A stretch of 64,000 bases of DNA from Candidatus Latescibacterota bacterium (GTDB lineage Bacteria; Latescibacterota; UBA2968; UBA8231): assembly GCA_965200315.1 (NCBI GenBank), contig OZ241362.1, positions 800,001-864,000 on the forward strand. Reading direction: 5' to 3'. The notes under the pieces were generated by a model. The model had not been told where the DNA came from, made no database searches, and worked only from the letters and a program-made list of their open reading frames with translations. The position numbers and the translations under genes are program-made. How positions within the stretch are numbered: position 1 is the stretch's first letter; every line of letters begins with the position of its first letter. This document shows positions 39,591-48,827 of the stretch, one piece after another.

Positions 39591-40514
39591 TCATGGGACT
39601 GAAAGCAGCGCTTTGATCCGTCCCCATGACTGGACTTCGACGCTCGTCGCAGCAGCCGAAGGGGAAACGGGTTGCCAAGCGGGATAATCGCCGCCCAAAC
39701 CGTTGGTCAGATTGACCAAGTTGCTCCCGTCTATATCAACAACCCAAACTTCCCTGTCCCCTTGCTCGTTAGCGGCATAGAAGGCAACTCTCATGCTATC
39801 GGGAGACCAAGTAAAGCTAGACACTCTATACCAGCCGGGTTCAAGTTCAGCTTGTTGATAGGGTAGATCAGGAAGTAGGATCTGCCTGAAATCTTCTATC
39901 TGGTCAGAAGTCTGAGGCCCCTCAGGCGAAGCGTAAATAACTAGGCGTAGGTAGGCATTGCCCTCGGAGTCCTGCAACACGACGGATGCTCGTTTGGTTC
40001 CGTCTGGAGAACGATCTTCATTATCGAGGAAACGGCGAACTATCCCAGCCGCCTCCCTCCAGTCCATAAGTGAGGAGCCACTGCCGTCCAGTGCCACAAC
40101 GAACAGTTCATAGCGGGACCGCACGTAGTGGTAAATGCTACTTCCGTCTTCTGCCCAAAAAAGCTCCTCAAATCTGGTCTCTGTTAGATATGTCACTTGT
40201 TGCGGATTGCCGCCATCGGCATCCATCACCCAAATGTCGGCAACAGAATAATCGACCCAAGCGGAATCGGGATCGTCACTAAAGGCGAGATAGGCGATCT
40301 TCGTGCCATCTGGAGACCAAGCCAAGCGAACGCAATGCCCATGCCGGCCTTGGGTTAAGTTGACCGGGTCGCTCCCATCCGCATTCATAATCCACACGTC
40401 CCCGGCCCCCTCGCGCCACGAGGTAAATGCGATTTTACCATTGGCTTGCCCCCAGCCAGTGACGGCCAGCCCCAGCGTCGCCAAGCAGACGATCAGTAGA
40501 TGTCGATAGGTCAT
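39591..40514 (-). CDS. Secreted TolB-like (PD40-repeat) protein, copy 1, with C-terminal SWGRIK motif
   Basis: Near-identical N- and C-termini to its neighbour; ends TSVEVQSWGRIKALL. Confidence 0.85.
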   Translation of the reverse strand: MTYRHLLIVCLATLGLAVTGWGQANGKIAFTSWREGAGDVWIMNADGSDPVNLTQGRHGHCVRLAWSPDGTKIAYLAFSDDPDSAWVDYSVADIWVMDADGGNPQQVTYLTETRFEELFWAEDGSSIYHYVRSRYELFVVALDGSGSSLMDWREAAGIVRRFLDNEDRSPDGTKRASVVLQDSEGNAYLRLVIYASPEGPQTSDQIEDFRQILLPDLPYQQAELEPGWYRVSSFTWSPDSMRVAFYAANEQGDREVWVVDIDGSNLVNLTNGLGGDYPAWQPVSPSAAATSVEVQSWGRIKALLSVP

Positions 40515-40654
40515 AAAGTGCCTCCTTGCATAAAGTTTAGTAAAATTTAAGCATTAGATATTAGTACTGGACTAGCTGCACAACACGTGCTCAAAGAATT
40601 TAAGATACGCCCGCCGCTACCCCAAACCTAATCCCACCCTAGAGGGTTGGCTTC

Positions 40655-40683
40655 TTGACAATGATACCCCGCTAAGCTAGCAT
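40655..40683 (+). promoter_or_regulatory. Putative sigma-70 promoter
   Basis: TTGACA-N17-TAGCAT before ATG 40700. Confidence 0.55.
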
Positions 40684-40699
40684 CTTTATACCCGACGCC

Positions 40700-41368
40700 A
40701 TGTTAGCTGCCCGTATCTTCAAAGCGGTGCTCGCGCCCGCCCTCATCTTGCTCCCCTCCCCCAACCCGGGCGTTGTGCGCGATATGGCCCGCGACATCGA
40801 TGCCTTGCAACGCGCCGAGTGCGAATACCGGGGCATTTCCGCCCGCTTCGACGAGCTGACCCGCGCCTATATCCTGCAAGCATACGAAGACGGCCAACTG
40901 GTCCGCTGGCAGGCCCAGCCCAGCCCCTACAATCCCGAGACCGAAACCTTGGTCACCGCGGTTTTTATCGCAGCCGGACCCAAGGCATCTGCTCCACTGC
41001 CCGAGCGGGTCCATCTCCGCGCCCAGCATGGGGCGGCAGGTGCCGGGGTCACTTGGCGTTACAGTAAGCTAGCGGCAATACGGGTCGCGCCCCACGGCGA
41101 CTTGGCCCGCGACGCCATGGCCGTGTTTAGAGCCACGGTCGACGGCTTTGTCGAGCGCATGGTGTACGCGCCCACCGGCGGCGCACTCCGCACGGCCCCC
41201 ACTCCCAGTGCCCCCGTGCTGACCCACGTCAATGCGGGCGCGGTCTTGCTCGTCGAGGAAGAGCGAGCGGGCTATGTCCGCGTACGCCAGCCGCCGGCTT
41301 CTGCGGTCGGATGGCTGGAAAGAAAGCACGTGAGAGTCGTTGAAAAAGCTGATGGACGCGATCATTGA
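40700..41368 (+). CDS. Hypothetical exported protein with a C-terminal bacterial SH3-like domain
   Basis: LRTAPT.SA.VL.....G......E..GYVRV......GW. Confidence 0.7.
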   Translation: MLAARIFKAVLAPALILLPSPNPGVVRDMARDIDALQRAECEYRGISARFDELTRAYILQAYEDGQLVRWQAQPSPYNPETETLVTAVFIAAGPKASAPLPERVHLRAQHGAAGAGVTWRYSKLAAIRVAPHGDLARDAMAVFRATVDGFVERMVYAPTGGALRTAPTPSAPVLTHVNAGAVLLVEEERAGYVRVRQPPASAVGWLERKHVRVVEKADGRDH

Positions 41369-42035
41369 AATACGCAACCTGACCAAGACTTACGATATGG
41401 GAACAACGGCGGTCCACGCCCTAAGCGAGGTGGACCTCTGCGTGGCCACGGGCGAATACGTGGCCATTATGGGGCCGTCGGGATCGGGCAAAAGCACCTT
41501 GCTCAATATCCTCGGCTGCCTCGACGTGCCCACCTCGGGACGGTACGCGCTCGGCAAGGTCCGCGTCAGCGAGATGGCAGACGACGACTTAGCAAGAGTC
41601 CGCAACGAGGAGATCGGCTTTGTCTTCCAAACCTTTAACCTCCTGCCTCGCGCCAACGCCCTCGGCAATGTCGAGCTGCCGCTGATTTACAGCGGCCTGC
41701 CAGTGCGCCAACGCCGCGAGCGGGCCGCCCGCGCCCTTGCGTCCGTGGGCTTGGCCGAGCGCATGGATCACCGGCCCAACGAGCTGTCCGGCGGCCAGAA
41801 GCAGCGCGTGGCCATCGCACGTGCGCTCGTCAACGAGCCCTCCATCATCCTCGCCGACGAGCCGACCGGTGCCCTCGACTCCCGCACCGGCGACGAGATC
41901 ATGGACCTCTTCGACCAAGTACACGCTGCGGGCAATACCATCCTCCTCGTGACGCACGAAGAGCACCTCGCCCGCCGCAGCCACCGCATCGTCCGCTTCC
42001 GCGATGGCCGCATCGAAAGCGATTGCCCAACGTGA
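41352..42035 (+). CDS. ABC transporter ATP-binding protein (MacB/LolD type)
   Basis: [45 protein letters not shown]. Confidence 0.95.
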   Translation: MDAIIEIRNLTKTYDMGTTAVHALSEVDLCVATGEYVAIMGPSGSGKSTLLNILGCLDVPTSGRYALGKVRVSEMADDDLARVRNEEIGFVFQTFNLLPRANALGNVELPLIYSGLPVRQRRERAARALASVGLAERMDHRPNELSGGQKQRVAIARALVNEPSIILADEPTGALDSRTGDEIMDLFDQVHAAGNTILLVTHEEHLARRSHRIVRFRDGRIESDCPT

Positions 42036-43213
42036 AAGCCGTCTTGTGCGTCCTCATCCTTTGCGCCTGCCGGAGCGCACCGCCCGACCTGCCCACTGCC
42101 GAGGTCGTGCGCGGCGATTTTGCGGTGACGCATTTTGAGGGGGGCGAGGTGCGCGCGGCCAGCGGCGAAGTAGTGGCGTCGCCGCGCATTGGCGGCCGGC
42201 TCAAGATCGTTCACCTGTGGCCCGAAGGAGAGCAAGTGGATGTCGGCGATTTGGTCCTCCAGTTCGATCCGGCCGAATTTGAACGCGATATGCTCGACCG
42301 CGAGGGCCAGCTCGAACAGGCCCATTCCAACTTTGCCAAGGCCAAGGCCGAGCACGAGCAAAGCCTAGCCGATATCAAGCGCCAGATCCAGCAGCGGCAA
42401 GCCGAACTCAAACTCGCCGCACTCAATCAAGAACGCCAGCAGTTCGCCTCGACTATCGACCAAGAACAAGGGCGCATCAATCTGGCGAAGTCCCGGCGCG
42501 CCGTGGCAGAAGCACGGCAGGAATCCATAGCTCAGGAAGTGGTCAATCGCGTGGATTTTCGCAAGCACGAGCTGAACATCGCCCGTAGGCAGGAGCGCTA
42601 CGAAAGGGCGCGGCGCGACTACGAACGCACCAGCGTCTATGCGGCCAAACCAGGTATCGTAGTCTATCGCAAAATCTGGAAACCCGGTACCTCTGAGGAG
42701 GGCAAAGTAGCCGTCGGCGACCAAGTCTGGGGGGGCCGTGCCCTGCTCGACATCCCGGACATGAGCAAGATGCAGGTGCTGTGTCTGATCGGCGAAATGG
42801 ACATCGAGCGCCTGCGCGTCGGCCAGCGGGCTTATATCCGGCTCGAAGCCTTTCCCGGCCCGGTCTTTAATGGGGTGGTGTCCGAACTCGCACCCATGGC
42901 CTCGCCTCAGCCCGGCGCACCGGATATCCAAGTCTTTGAGTTAGTCATCGACATTGACGATCAAGACAACCGGCTCAAGCCCGGCATGTCGGCCGAGGTC
43001 GAAATCGTTCTCAAATCCATCCCCGAGGCTCTCTCGGTGCCGCTAGGTGCGCTCTTCAAGCGTGAGGATGGGCTAGTTGCTTTTCGCCTCGCCAACGGCA
43101 AATTCAAGGAAGTGCCCGTAGTGATCGGGCAAAAAAGCGCCACCGCCGCGATCGTCACCGCGGGCTTGGCCGAAGGCGACATCGTCGCCTTGCAAAACCC
43201 CAATGCGCACTGA
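42032..43213 (+). CDS. Periplasmic adaptor (membrane fusion) lipoprotein
   Basis: Lipobox LCAC, EG..V..GD lipoyl-like half, coiled coil, LKPGMSA; GTGA overlap. Confidence 0.88.
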   Translation: MKAVLCVLILCACRSAPPDLPTAEVVRGDFAVTHFEGGEVRAASGEVVASPRIGGRLKIVHLWPEGEQVDVGDLVLQFDPAEFERDMLDREGQLEQAHSNFAKAKAEHEQSLADIKRQIQQRQAELKLAALNQERQQFASTIDQEQGRINLAKSRRAVAEARQESIAQEVVNRVDFRKHELNIARRQERYERARRDYERTSVYAAKPGIVVYRKIWKPGTSEEGKVAVGDQVWGGRALLDIPDMSKMQVLCLIGEMDIERLRVGQRAYIRLEAFPGPVFNGVVSELAPMASPQPGAPDIQVFELVIDIDDQDNRLKPGMSAEVEIVLKSIPEALSVPLGALFKREDGLVAFRLANGKFKEVPVVIGQKSATAAIVTAGLAEGDIVALQNPNAH

Positions 43214-43228
43214 CGCGGAAGAGCTTTT

Positions 43229-44578
43229 ATGACACAGATCAAACGCCGCTGGTGGCGCCTTTCTCCGCTCTTAGCCCTCGTCCTAGGCGGAGCCTGGCTT
43301 GGTGAACACCTGATGCGCGAGGAAGCCGAATCCTCCATCCCTACCTATCCGGTCCAGCAGGGCGAGTTCGTCATCGAGCTCAAGCTCAAGGGCGGCGAGT
43401 TGGAATCAGTAGAGGCCGAAAACATCGTCGCGCCCCGCGTTCGCGGCCAGCTCAAAATCGTCGAGTTGTTTCCCGAAGGTGAGCAAGTCTCAGTCGGTGA
43501 CTTATTGGTGCAATTTGAACAGACGGATTTTCAGAAGCGGGTCATGGACGCCGAGCAGCAGGTCGAGTCCGCTAAGGCCGATTTGGAGAAAACGCAAGCC
43601 ACCCAAAAGGCCGAAATAGCCAAGCTCAAAGCCGACATTGCCAACGAGGAGGCCAATTTGCGCTTGGCCGAGCTACAGGTCGAGCGCATGGTCTTCGAGG
43701 CCACCGTGCAAAAGGAAGAAGCCGAGATTGAGGCCCACAAAGCCAAGCTTAGCCATCAGCAATCCATCGAAAAGCTGGCCTCGCAAAAGATCGTCAACGC
43801 CGCTGAAGTCAAAAAGCGCCAACTCGAAATCGAGCGCAACGAACGCGAGTTGGAAAAGGCGCACGACGAGCTGGCGAGCACGACCATCAAGGCCGAAAAG
43901 CCCGGTTTAGTCGTGTACGGCAAGGTGTGGAAAGGCGACCGACCGGAAAAGATCCGCGTCGGCGACGAGATTTGGGGTGGCGTCAACGTCATTTCCCTGC
44001 CCGACCTCTCCCAAATGCAGGTCAAAACCTACGTCAACGAGGTCGAGGTCGATAAGCTCGACACCGGCCAAGTCGCCACCATCAAGCTCGACGCCCTGCC
44101 CGAACCAACATTTCACGGCGAAATCAAGAGCATCGCCTCGCTCGGCCGCGAGAAGGAAGGCGAAAAAAGCGTCAAAGTCTTCGACGTGATCATCCAGATC
44201 GAAGAAGAAGATGTCCGCCTCAAACCCGGCATGACCGCCACCTGTCACGTCGTCGTCGAGACCATCCCACCCAAGCCGGCAGCCGCGCCAGACTCCGTGC
44301 AAAGCGAGGCCACCGGCGAGATCGCTACTGCCGAGCCCATGCCCCTTTACATCCCCCTAGACGCGGTCTTTGAGAAGGATGGGCGCACCCTCGTCTATCT
44401 TCTAGTGGATGGTCAGCCCGAAGAGCAGGAAGTGAAGCTCGGCCAGAAAAACGAGGACTTCGTCATCGTCGCAGAAGGGCTTGCGCCCAACGACCGCGTC
44501 ACCCTGCGCGATCCGCTCCAAGCGACCAACGCCAGTGGCCTCATGGAATCGGCCGACGCCTCGCCTCAGACTCACTAA
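43229..44578 (+). CDS. Second periplasmic adaptor (membrane fusion) protein
   Basis: N-terminal TM, PEGEQVSVGD, long coiled coil, LKPGMTA. Confidence 0.88.
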   Translation: MTQIKRRWWRLSPLLALVLGGAWLGEHLMREEAESSIPTYPVQQGEFVIELKLKGGELESVEAENIVAPRVRGQLKIVELFPEGEQVSVGDLLVQFEQTDFQKRVMDAEQQVESAKADLEKTQATQKAEIAKLKADIANEEANLRLAELQVERMVFEATVQKEEAEIEAHKAKLSHQQSIEKLASQKIVNAAEVKKRQLEIERNERELEKAHDELASTTIKAEKPGLVVYGKVWKGDRPEKIRVGDEIWGGVNVISLPDLSQMQVKTYVNEVEVDKLDTGQVATIKLDALPEPTFHGEIKSIASLGREKEGEKSVKVFDVIIQIEEEDVRLKPGMTATCHVVVETIPPKPAAAPDSVQSEATGEIATAEPMPLYIPLDAVFEKDGRTLVYLLVDGQPEEQEVKLGQKNEDFVIVAEGLAPNDRVTLRDPLQATNASGLMESADASPQTH

Positions 44579-45822
44579 TGGATCTACGCGAAACCGCCTC
44601 TTTGAGCCTAGTCGGCCTGCTCTCTCACAAGCTGCGGACCCTGCTGACCATGCTCGGCATCATCTTCGGCGTGGCCGCGGTCATTGCCATGCTCTCCATC
44701 GGCGAGGGCGCCAAGCAGGAATCCCTCGAACAAATCCGTCAGATGGGCATCAGCAATATCATCGTCCAGCACTGGCAAAAAGAAGCCGACGAAGAAACCG
44801 AAGCTGACGGCGACCAGAATCGCTCTCCGGGCCTGACTTGGGACGATGCGCGGTCAATTGCCCGCATCTGCCTTTTGGCGGACTACGTCACCCCCCAGCG
44901 CGAGCTCAAAGCCAAAGCCCAAGCTCAAGATCACACCTTCCGCACCATGGTGGTGGGCACGACCCCCGACTATCTAACTGTGATCAACGCCCGCATGGGT
45001 AGCGGGATATTTTTTTCTGCTGAGGACCTGAACACCGCCAAACGCGTCTGCGTGTTGGGTGCAGACGCCAAGCGGGCGCTGTTCTTTTTTGACAATCCCT
45101 TGGGCGGCCGGGTCAAAATCCGCAACCAGTGGTTTACGGTCATCGGCGTGCTCGAAGACAAGGGCGCGGCCGGCGGCAAAATCGGCGGCGTACTCGAAGT
45201 GCGCAACACCGACGAGGACATCTACGTCCCGCTGACGGCCCTGCTCAACCGCTTCCACTGGGAGCCGGGCGAGGCCGAACTCACCCAAATCACCGTCAAG
45301 GTCTCCAACTCCGGCCAGTTGCTAGAGGCCGCCGCCATCGTCCGCACCATTCTCAACCGGCGGCATCGCGGCGTCGAGGACTTCAAGATCGCCATTCCCG
45401 AAGAGCTGTTGCGCCAGAGCCAGAAAACCCAGCAGATCTTCAACGTGGTCATGGGCTGTATTGCCGGCATCTCCCTGTTGGTCGGCGGCATTGGCATCAT
45501 GAATATCATGTTGGCCTCGGTGCTCGAGCGCACGCGCGAGATCGGCATCCGCCGCGCCTTGGGCGCACGGCGACGCGACATCCTCTCACAGTTTTTGGTC
45601 GAATCGCTGTTGGTCAGCCTAATCGGCGGCCTGATTGGGGTGGTGCTGGGCTACGCCATCCCGGAAGTAATCACCCTGTACGCGGGCTGGCGCACCATCG
45701 TCCAGCCTTGGACGATTGTCCTCGCCTTTGGGGTCTCGGCCGCGGTCGGCATTGGTTTTGGCATCTACCCGGCCCGCCAAGCCGCCCTCCTCAACCCCAT
45801 AGACGCCCTGCGCTACGAATAG
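44578..45822 (+). CDS. MacB-family ABC permease
   Basis: LRTLLTMLGIIFGV, ISLLVGGIGIMNIM, ERTREIGIR.ALGA, PARQAA.LNPIDALRYE. Confidence 0.94.
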   Translation: MDLRETASLSLVGLLSHKLRTLLTMLGIIFGVAAVIAMLSIGEGAKQESLEQIRQMGISNIIVQHWQKEADEETEADGDQNRSPGLTWDDARSIARICLLADYVTPQRELKAKAQAQDHTFRTMVVGTTPDYLTVINARMGSGIFFSAEDLNTAKRVCVLGADAKRALFFFDNPLGGRVKIRNQWFTVIGVLEDKGAAGGKIGGVLEVRNTDEDIYVPLTALLNRFHWEPGEAELTQITVKVSNSGQLLEAAAIVRTILNRRHRGVEDFKIAIPEELLRQSQKTQQIFNVVMGCIAGISLLVGGIGIMNIMLASVLERTREIGIRRALGARRRDILSQFLVESLLVSLIGGLIGVVLGYAIPEVITLYAGWRTIVQPWTIVLAFGVSAAVGIGFGIYPARQAALLNPIDALRYE

Positions 45823-45884
45823 CTTTTTGACGGCAGCCGCAGCCTGACCTTACTTACTTACCCACCTGCAAGCGAGGAGGTCGC

Positions 45885-46073
45885 ATGATCCGCTTTAAGA
45901 AAGAAGCGATCGAACAGATGCTCGAAGAACGCAAACCCGAAATCAACCTGACCACCTATCAGCACATCAAAAAGGCCATCGACCAAGGCACCGAAGGCAT
46001 GGATCCGTACACCCTGTCCAATATATGCCGAGATCTCAAGTGCCTGCCCACTGACATCGTCGAATATGTCTGA
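45885..46073 (+). CDS. Small Cro/C1 (YozG-like) HTH-related protein
   Basis: Strong RBS GAGGAGG; C-terminal TL..IC..L.C.P.DIVEY signature. Confidence 0.7.
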   Translation: MIRFKKEAIEQMLEERKPEINLTTYQHIKKAIDQGTEGMDPYTLSNICRDLKCLPTDIVEYV

Positions 46074-46097
46074 GGGCCTCCTAGCCAGCGCATTCCC

Positions 46098-46454
46098 ATG
46101 CAGGCCCTAGGCCGCCATTTACTCGTCGATCTCTACGGCTGCAACCGCGCACGGCTCGACGACCCAGATTATATCGCAGCCGAGCTACAGGCCGCAGCCC
46201 AAGCGGCCGGCAGCCGCGTCTTGGGCACGGCATTCCACCGCTTCAGTCCGGGGGGAGTTACTGGCGTACTCATCGTCCAAGAGAGCCACTTGGCCGTTCA
46301 CACCTGGCCCGAGCGCGGTTATGCCGCCCTCGACCTGTTTACCTGCGGCCACCAGACAGATCCGTGGGCAGCCTATCAACGGCTCCGGTGCGCCTTCGGC
46401 GCGACGCAAGACAATGTAGTGGAAGTCAGCCGAGGATTGTGCGCGGGCGAGTGA
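46098..46454 (+). CDS. speD: S-adenosylmethionine decarboxylase proenzyme (short, pyruvoyl type)
   Basis: GRHLLVDLYGC, F.P.GVTG, ESH cleavage site, HTWPE, DLFTCG. Confidence 0.9.
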   Translation: MQALGRHLLVDLYGCNRARLDDPDYIAAELQAAAQAAGSRVLGTAFHRFSPGGVTGVLIVQESHLAVHTWPERGYAALDLFTCGHQTDPWAAYQRLRCAFGATQDNVVEVSRGLCAGE

Positions 46455-46479
46455 GGCTCCTCGGCTACAAAAGTGCGGG

Positions 46480-47370
46480 CTATCCCTCGCCCTCTAACAT
46501 GCTGCGCAAGTAGCGCCTAAACGCCTCGGCGCGACCTTCGACCACGGCCTGTAGCTGGAGGATTTCCTGCTGGCGCGCCTTCAGCTTGTGAATTTTCAGC
46601 GCGACTTCGGCAATCGACGATTCGAGATCAAATTCGGCCAAGGACTCGTCTTGCGTGAGCAACCGCACCTGCTCACGCGGCTGTTCTCCACTCACCAAAA
46701 TCCGCTCCCTAGGCCTCTGCACTTTGGCCCGCTCCTGCTCTACCCGGGCGCACAGCCGATACTCGGCTTCCAAGCGACGCAGCAAGCCGGCGTTGGCACT
46801 CCATGCGGCCTTGAGGCGGTCGGCGATGTCCTCCAATAGCTCTTGCTTTTGCTGAATTTCGTCCGGCCCGTCTTCTACCTCGATTTTCATCTGTTCGCTG
46901 TAGTGCAGATTCGCGCTGCGGATCCCGACCCCGAGTAGTTCCCGCGCCTCTTGATAGAGCGTCAGTTGGGCCGACAGGCCCCGGTCTGGTTCCTCGGCCA
47001 ACTTCTGGATCAGTACGCCGATTTCCCAGTCGTAAGCAAGGCACAAGTGCTCGGCCACACTATCCTGCCGCGCCTCTAAAGCTACCAATTCCCAGTCGAT
47101 CCCGACCATGCGCTGCACCAACCTGAGCGAGTAGCGTAGGGCTGAGTGCAGGGCTGCGGAATTTTCGGCACTCAGCTTTAGGCTATCAATGCGGGCCGAC
47201 AGCGCTTCGGCTTCGGCCGCAACCCGCAAGCGCTGGCTGGCAAGGGAATCGCGCTGGCTTTCCAAGGCGCGATATTGGGCCTTTAGGTCGCCTAGCTCGC
47301 TCGAATCCCCATGCACAGATCCGGGCAGCGCCAACCCCAAGGCTAATAAAAGAATGGAGGTATTTCTCAT
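46480..47370 (-). CDS. Secreted coiled-coil hypothetical protein
   Basis: Signal peptide, heptad-rich; starts 2 nt after the response regulator stop. Confidence 0.75.
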   Translation of the reverse strand: MRNTSILLLALGLALPGSVHGDSSELGDLKAQYRALESQRDSLASQRLRVAAEAEALSARIDSLKLSAENSAALHSALRYSLRLVQRMVGIDWELVALEARQDSVAEHLCLAYDWEIGVLIQKLAEEPDRGLSAQLTLYQEARELLGVGIRSANLHYSEQMKIEVEDGPDEIQQKQELLEDIADRLKAAWSANAGLLRRLEAEYRLCARVEQERAKVQRPRERILVSGEQPREQVRLLTQDESLAEFDLESSIAEVALKIHKLKARQQEILQLQAVVEGRAEAFRRYLRSMLEGEG

Positions 47371-47372
47371 TG

Positions 47373-48827
47373 CTAATCTAGACCGTATTTGTCGAGCTTG
47401 TAGTATAAAGCACTCGTCTTGATCCCCAAAAGCGAAGCCGCCTTGGTCTTGACGTGATGCGCTTCCTCCATCGCCCGAGCGATTAGGTCGCGCTCCACCT
47501 CGTCGAGGCGCTCGTTGAGTAGCAAGCTCCCGGCGTCGGAGGCTTCCTCGTTGAGCACCCCCTCGTCAGCCATTTCCTCGTCAAAGGCCAGCGGCAGATC
47601 GTGGTAGCCGATTTCCTCGCCATCCACCAACACCATCGTGCGCTCAATGATATTTTCCAGTTCGCGTACATTGCCCGGCCACGGGTAGCTTTTCAAGCCG
47701 GCTAGGGCTTCTTCGGTTAGACGCTTGGGCAGGATGTTCATTTCCCCACATTTTTTTTGCGTAAAGTGTTTCACCAACAGTTCAATGTCTTCTCGCCGCT
47801 CCCGCAACGGCGGCAAGGTGAGGGGGATGACCTCCAGCCGATAGAAGAGATCCTCGCGGAAGGTGCCTTCTTCGACCATGCGCTTGAGCGGCCGGTTGGT
47901 GGCCACCACCACCCGCGCATCTACGTCGAGCGGTTGCTCGCCTCCCACGCGGTCGAACTGCTTTTCCTGCAACACCCGCAACAGCCGAACTTGGGTCTCC
48001 AAAGGCACGTCGCCGATCTCGTCTAAAAAAATCGTCCCGCCCTCGGCCAATTCAAACTTCCCCTTCTTGCTCCGCACCGCACTGGTAAAGGCCCCGCGCT
48101 CGTGCCCAAATAACTCGCTTTCAACCAGCCCCGTCGGCAGGGCACCACAGTTGACCTTGACGAACGGGCCTTTGCTGCGGCTGCTCTGGTAGTGGATGGC
48201 GCGGGCGACCAACTCCTTGCCGGTGCCGCTTTCCCCGTAGATGAGCACCGACGACGATGACGACGCCACTTTATGCACTCGCTTGCGCACGGCTTTGATC
48301 TGCGGAGACTGGCCGACGATCTCGCCGAAGTTGTAGCGGCTGTCGATCTCTGCGCGCAGGTAGCGGTTCTGTTCAAATAAGTGCTCCCAATCCCGCAGCT
48401 TGGCCTCTGCTTCCCGATGGAGAATTTGGGCTTCCCGCAATTTGGTTTGGGCTTCCCGCAGTTTGGTTCGATAGTCGAGCCGCTTATTGACCTTCAGCCA
48501 CAATTCGTCGGGCAGGAAGGGTTTGACTATAAAGTCGATCGCCCCCCGCTCCATCGCCTCTACAGCCAACTCCCGGGTGTCGTAGGCCGTCATCATCATC
48601 ACGTCGGTGTCCGGTACTTGGCGCTGTACCGCCTCCATCACCGCCAAGCCGTCCATCTCCTCCATGCGGTAGTCAGTAATGACCAAGTCAAAAGGCTCGT
48701 CCTTCATCCGCGCCAAACCTTCGCGACCGCTCCCTACGGCAACGGCTTGATGCCCCATTTTGTTCAAGCTCAGCACCAGTCCATCGCCGAGGCTTTTGTT
48801 GTCGTCGATAATCAGAATCCTGCCCAT
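47373..48827 (-). CDS. Sigma-54-dependent response regulator (REC-AAA+-Fis HTH)
   Basis: ILIIDD, ITDYRM, KPF; GESGTGKE, ESELFGHERGAFTSA, FLDEIG, FREDLFYRL, WPGNVREL. Confidence 0.94.
   Translation of the reverse strand: MGRILIIDDNKSLGDGLVLSLNKMGHQAVAVGSGREGLARMKDEPFDLVITDYRMEEMDGLAVMEAVQRQVPDTDVMMMTAYDTRELAVEAMERGAIDFIVKPFLPDELWLKVNKRLDYRTKLREAQTKLREAQILHREAEAKLRDWEHLFEQNRYLRAEIDSRYNFGEIVGQSPQIKAVRKRVHKVASSSSSVLIYGESGTGKELVARAIHYQSSRSKGPFVKVNCGALPTGLVESELFGHERGAFTSAVRSKKGKFELAEGGTIFLDEIGDVPLETQVRLLRVLQEKQFDRVGGEQPLDVDARVVVATNRPLKRMVEEGTFREDLFYRLEVIPLTLPPLRERREDIELLVKHFTQKKCGEMNILPKRLTEEALAGLKSYPWPGNVRELENIIERTMVLVDGEEIGYHDLPLAFDEEMADEGVLNEEASDAGSLLLNERLDEVERDLIARAMEEAHHVKTKAASLLGIKTSALYYKLDKYGLD
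48425..48466. repeat. 21-bp near-perfect tandem duplication in the response-regulator linker
   Basis: TTTGGGCTTCCCGCAATTTGG / TTTGGGCTTCCCGCAGTTTGG; encodes TKLREAQ x2. Confidence 0.85.

Noticed and set aside
38593-40514. Diversity-generating retroelement explanation for the TolB-like paralogs
   Set aside because: No reverse transcriptase in the window; differences include indels and do not look adenine-restricted.
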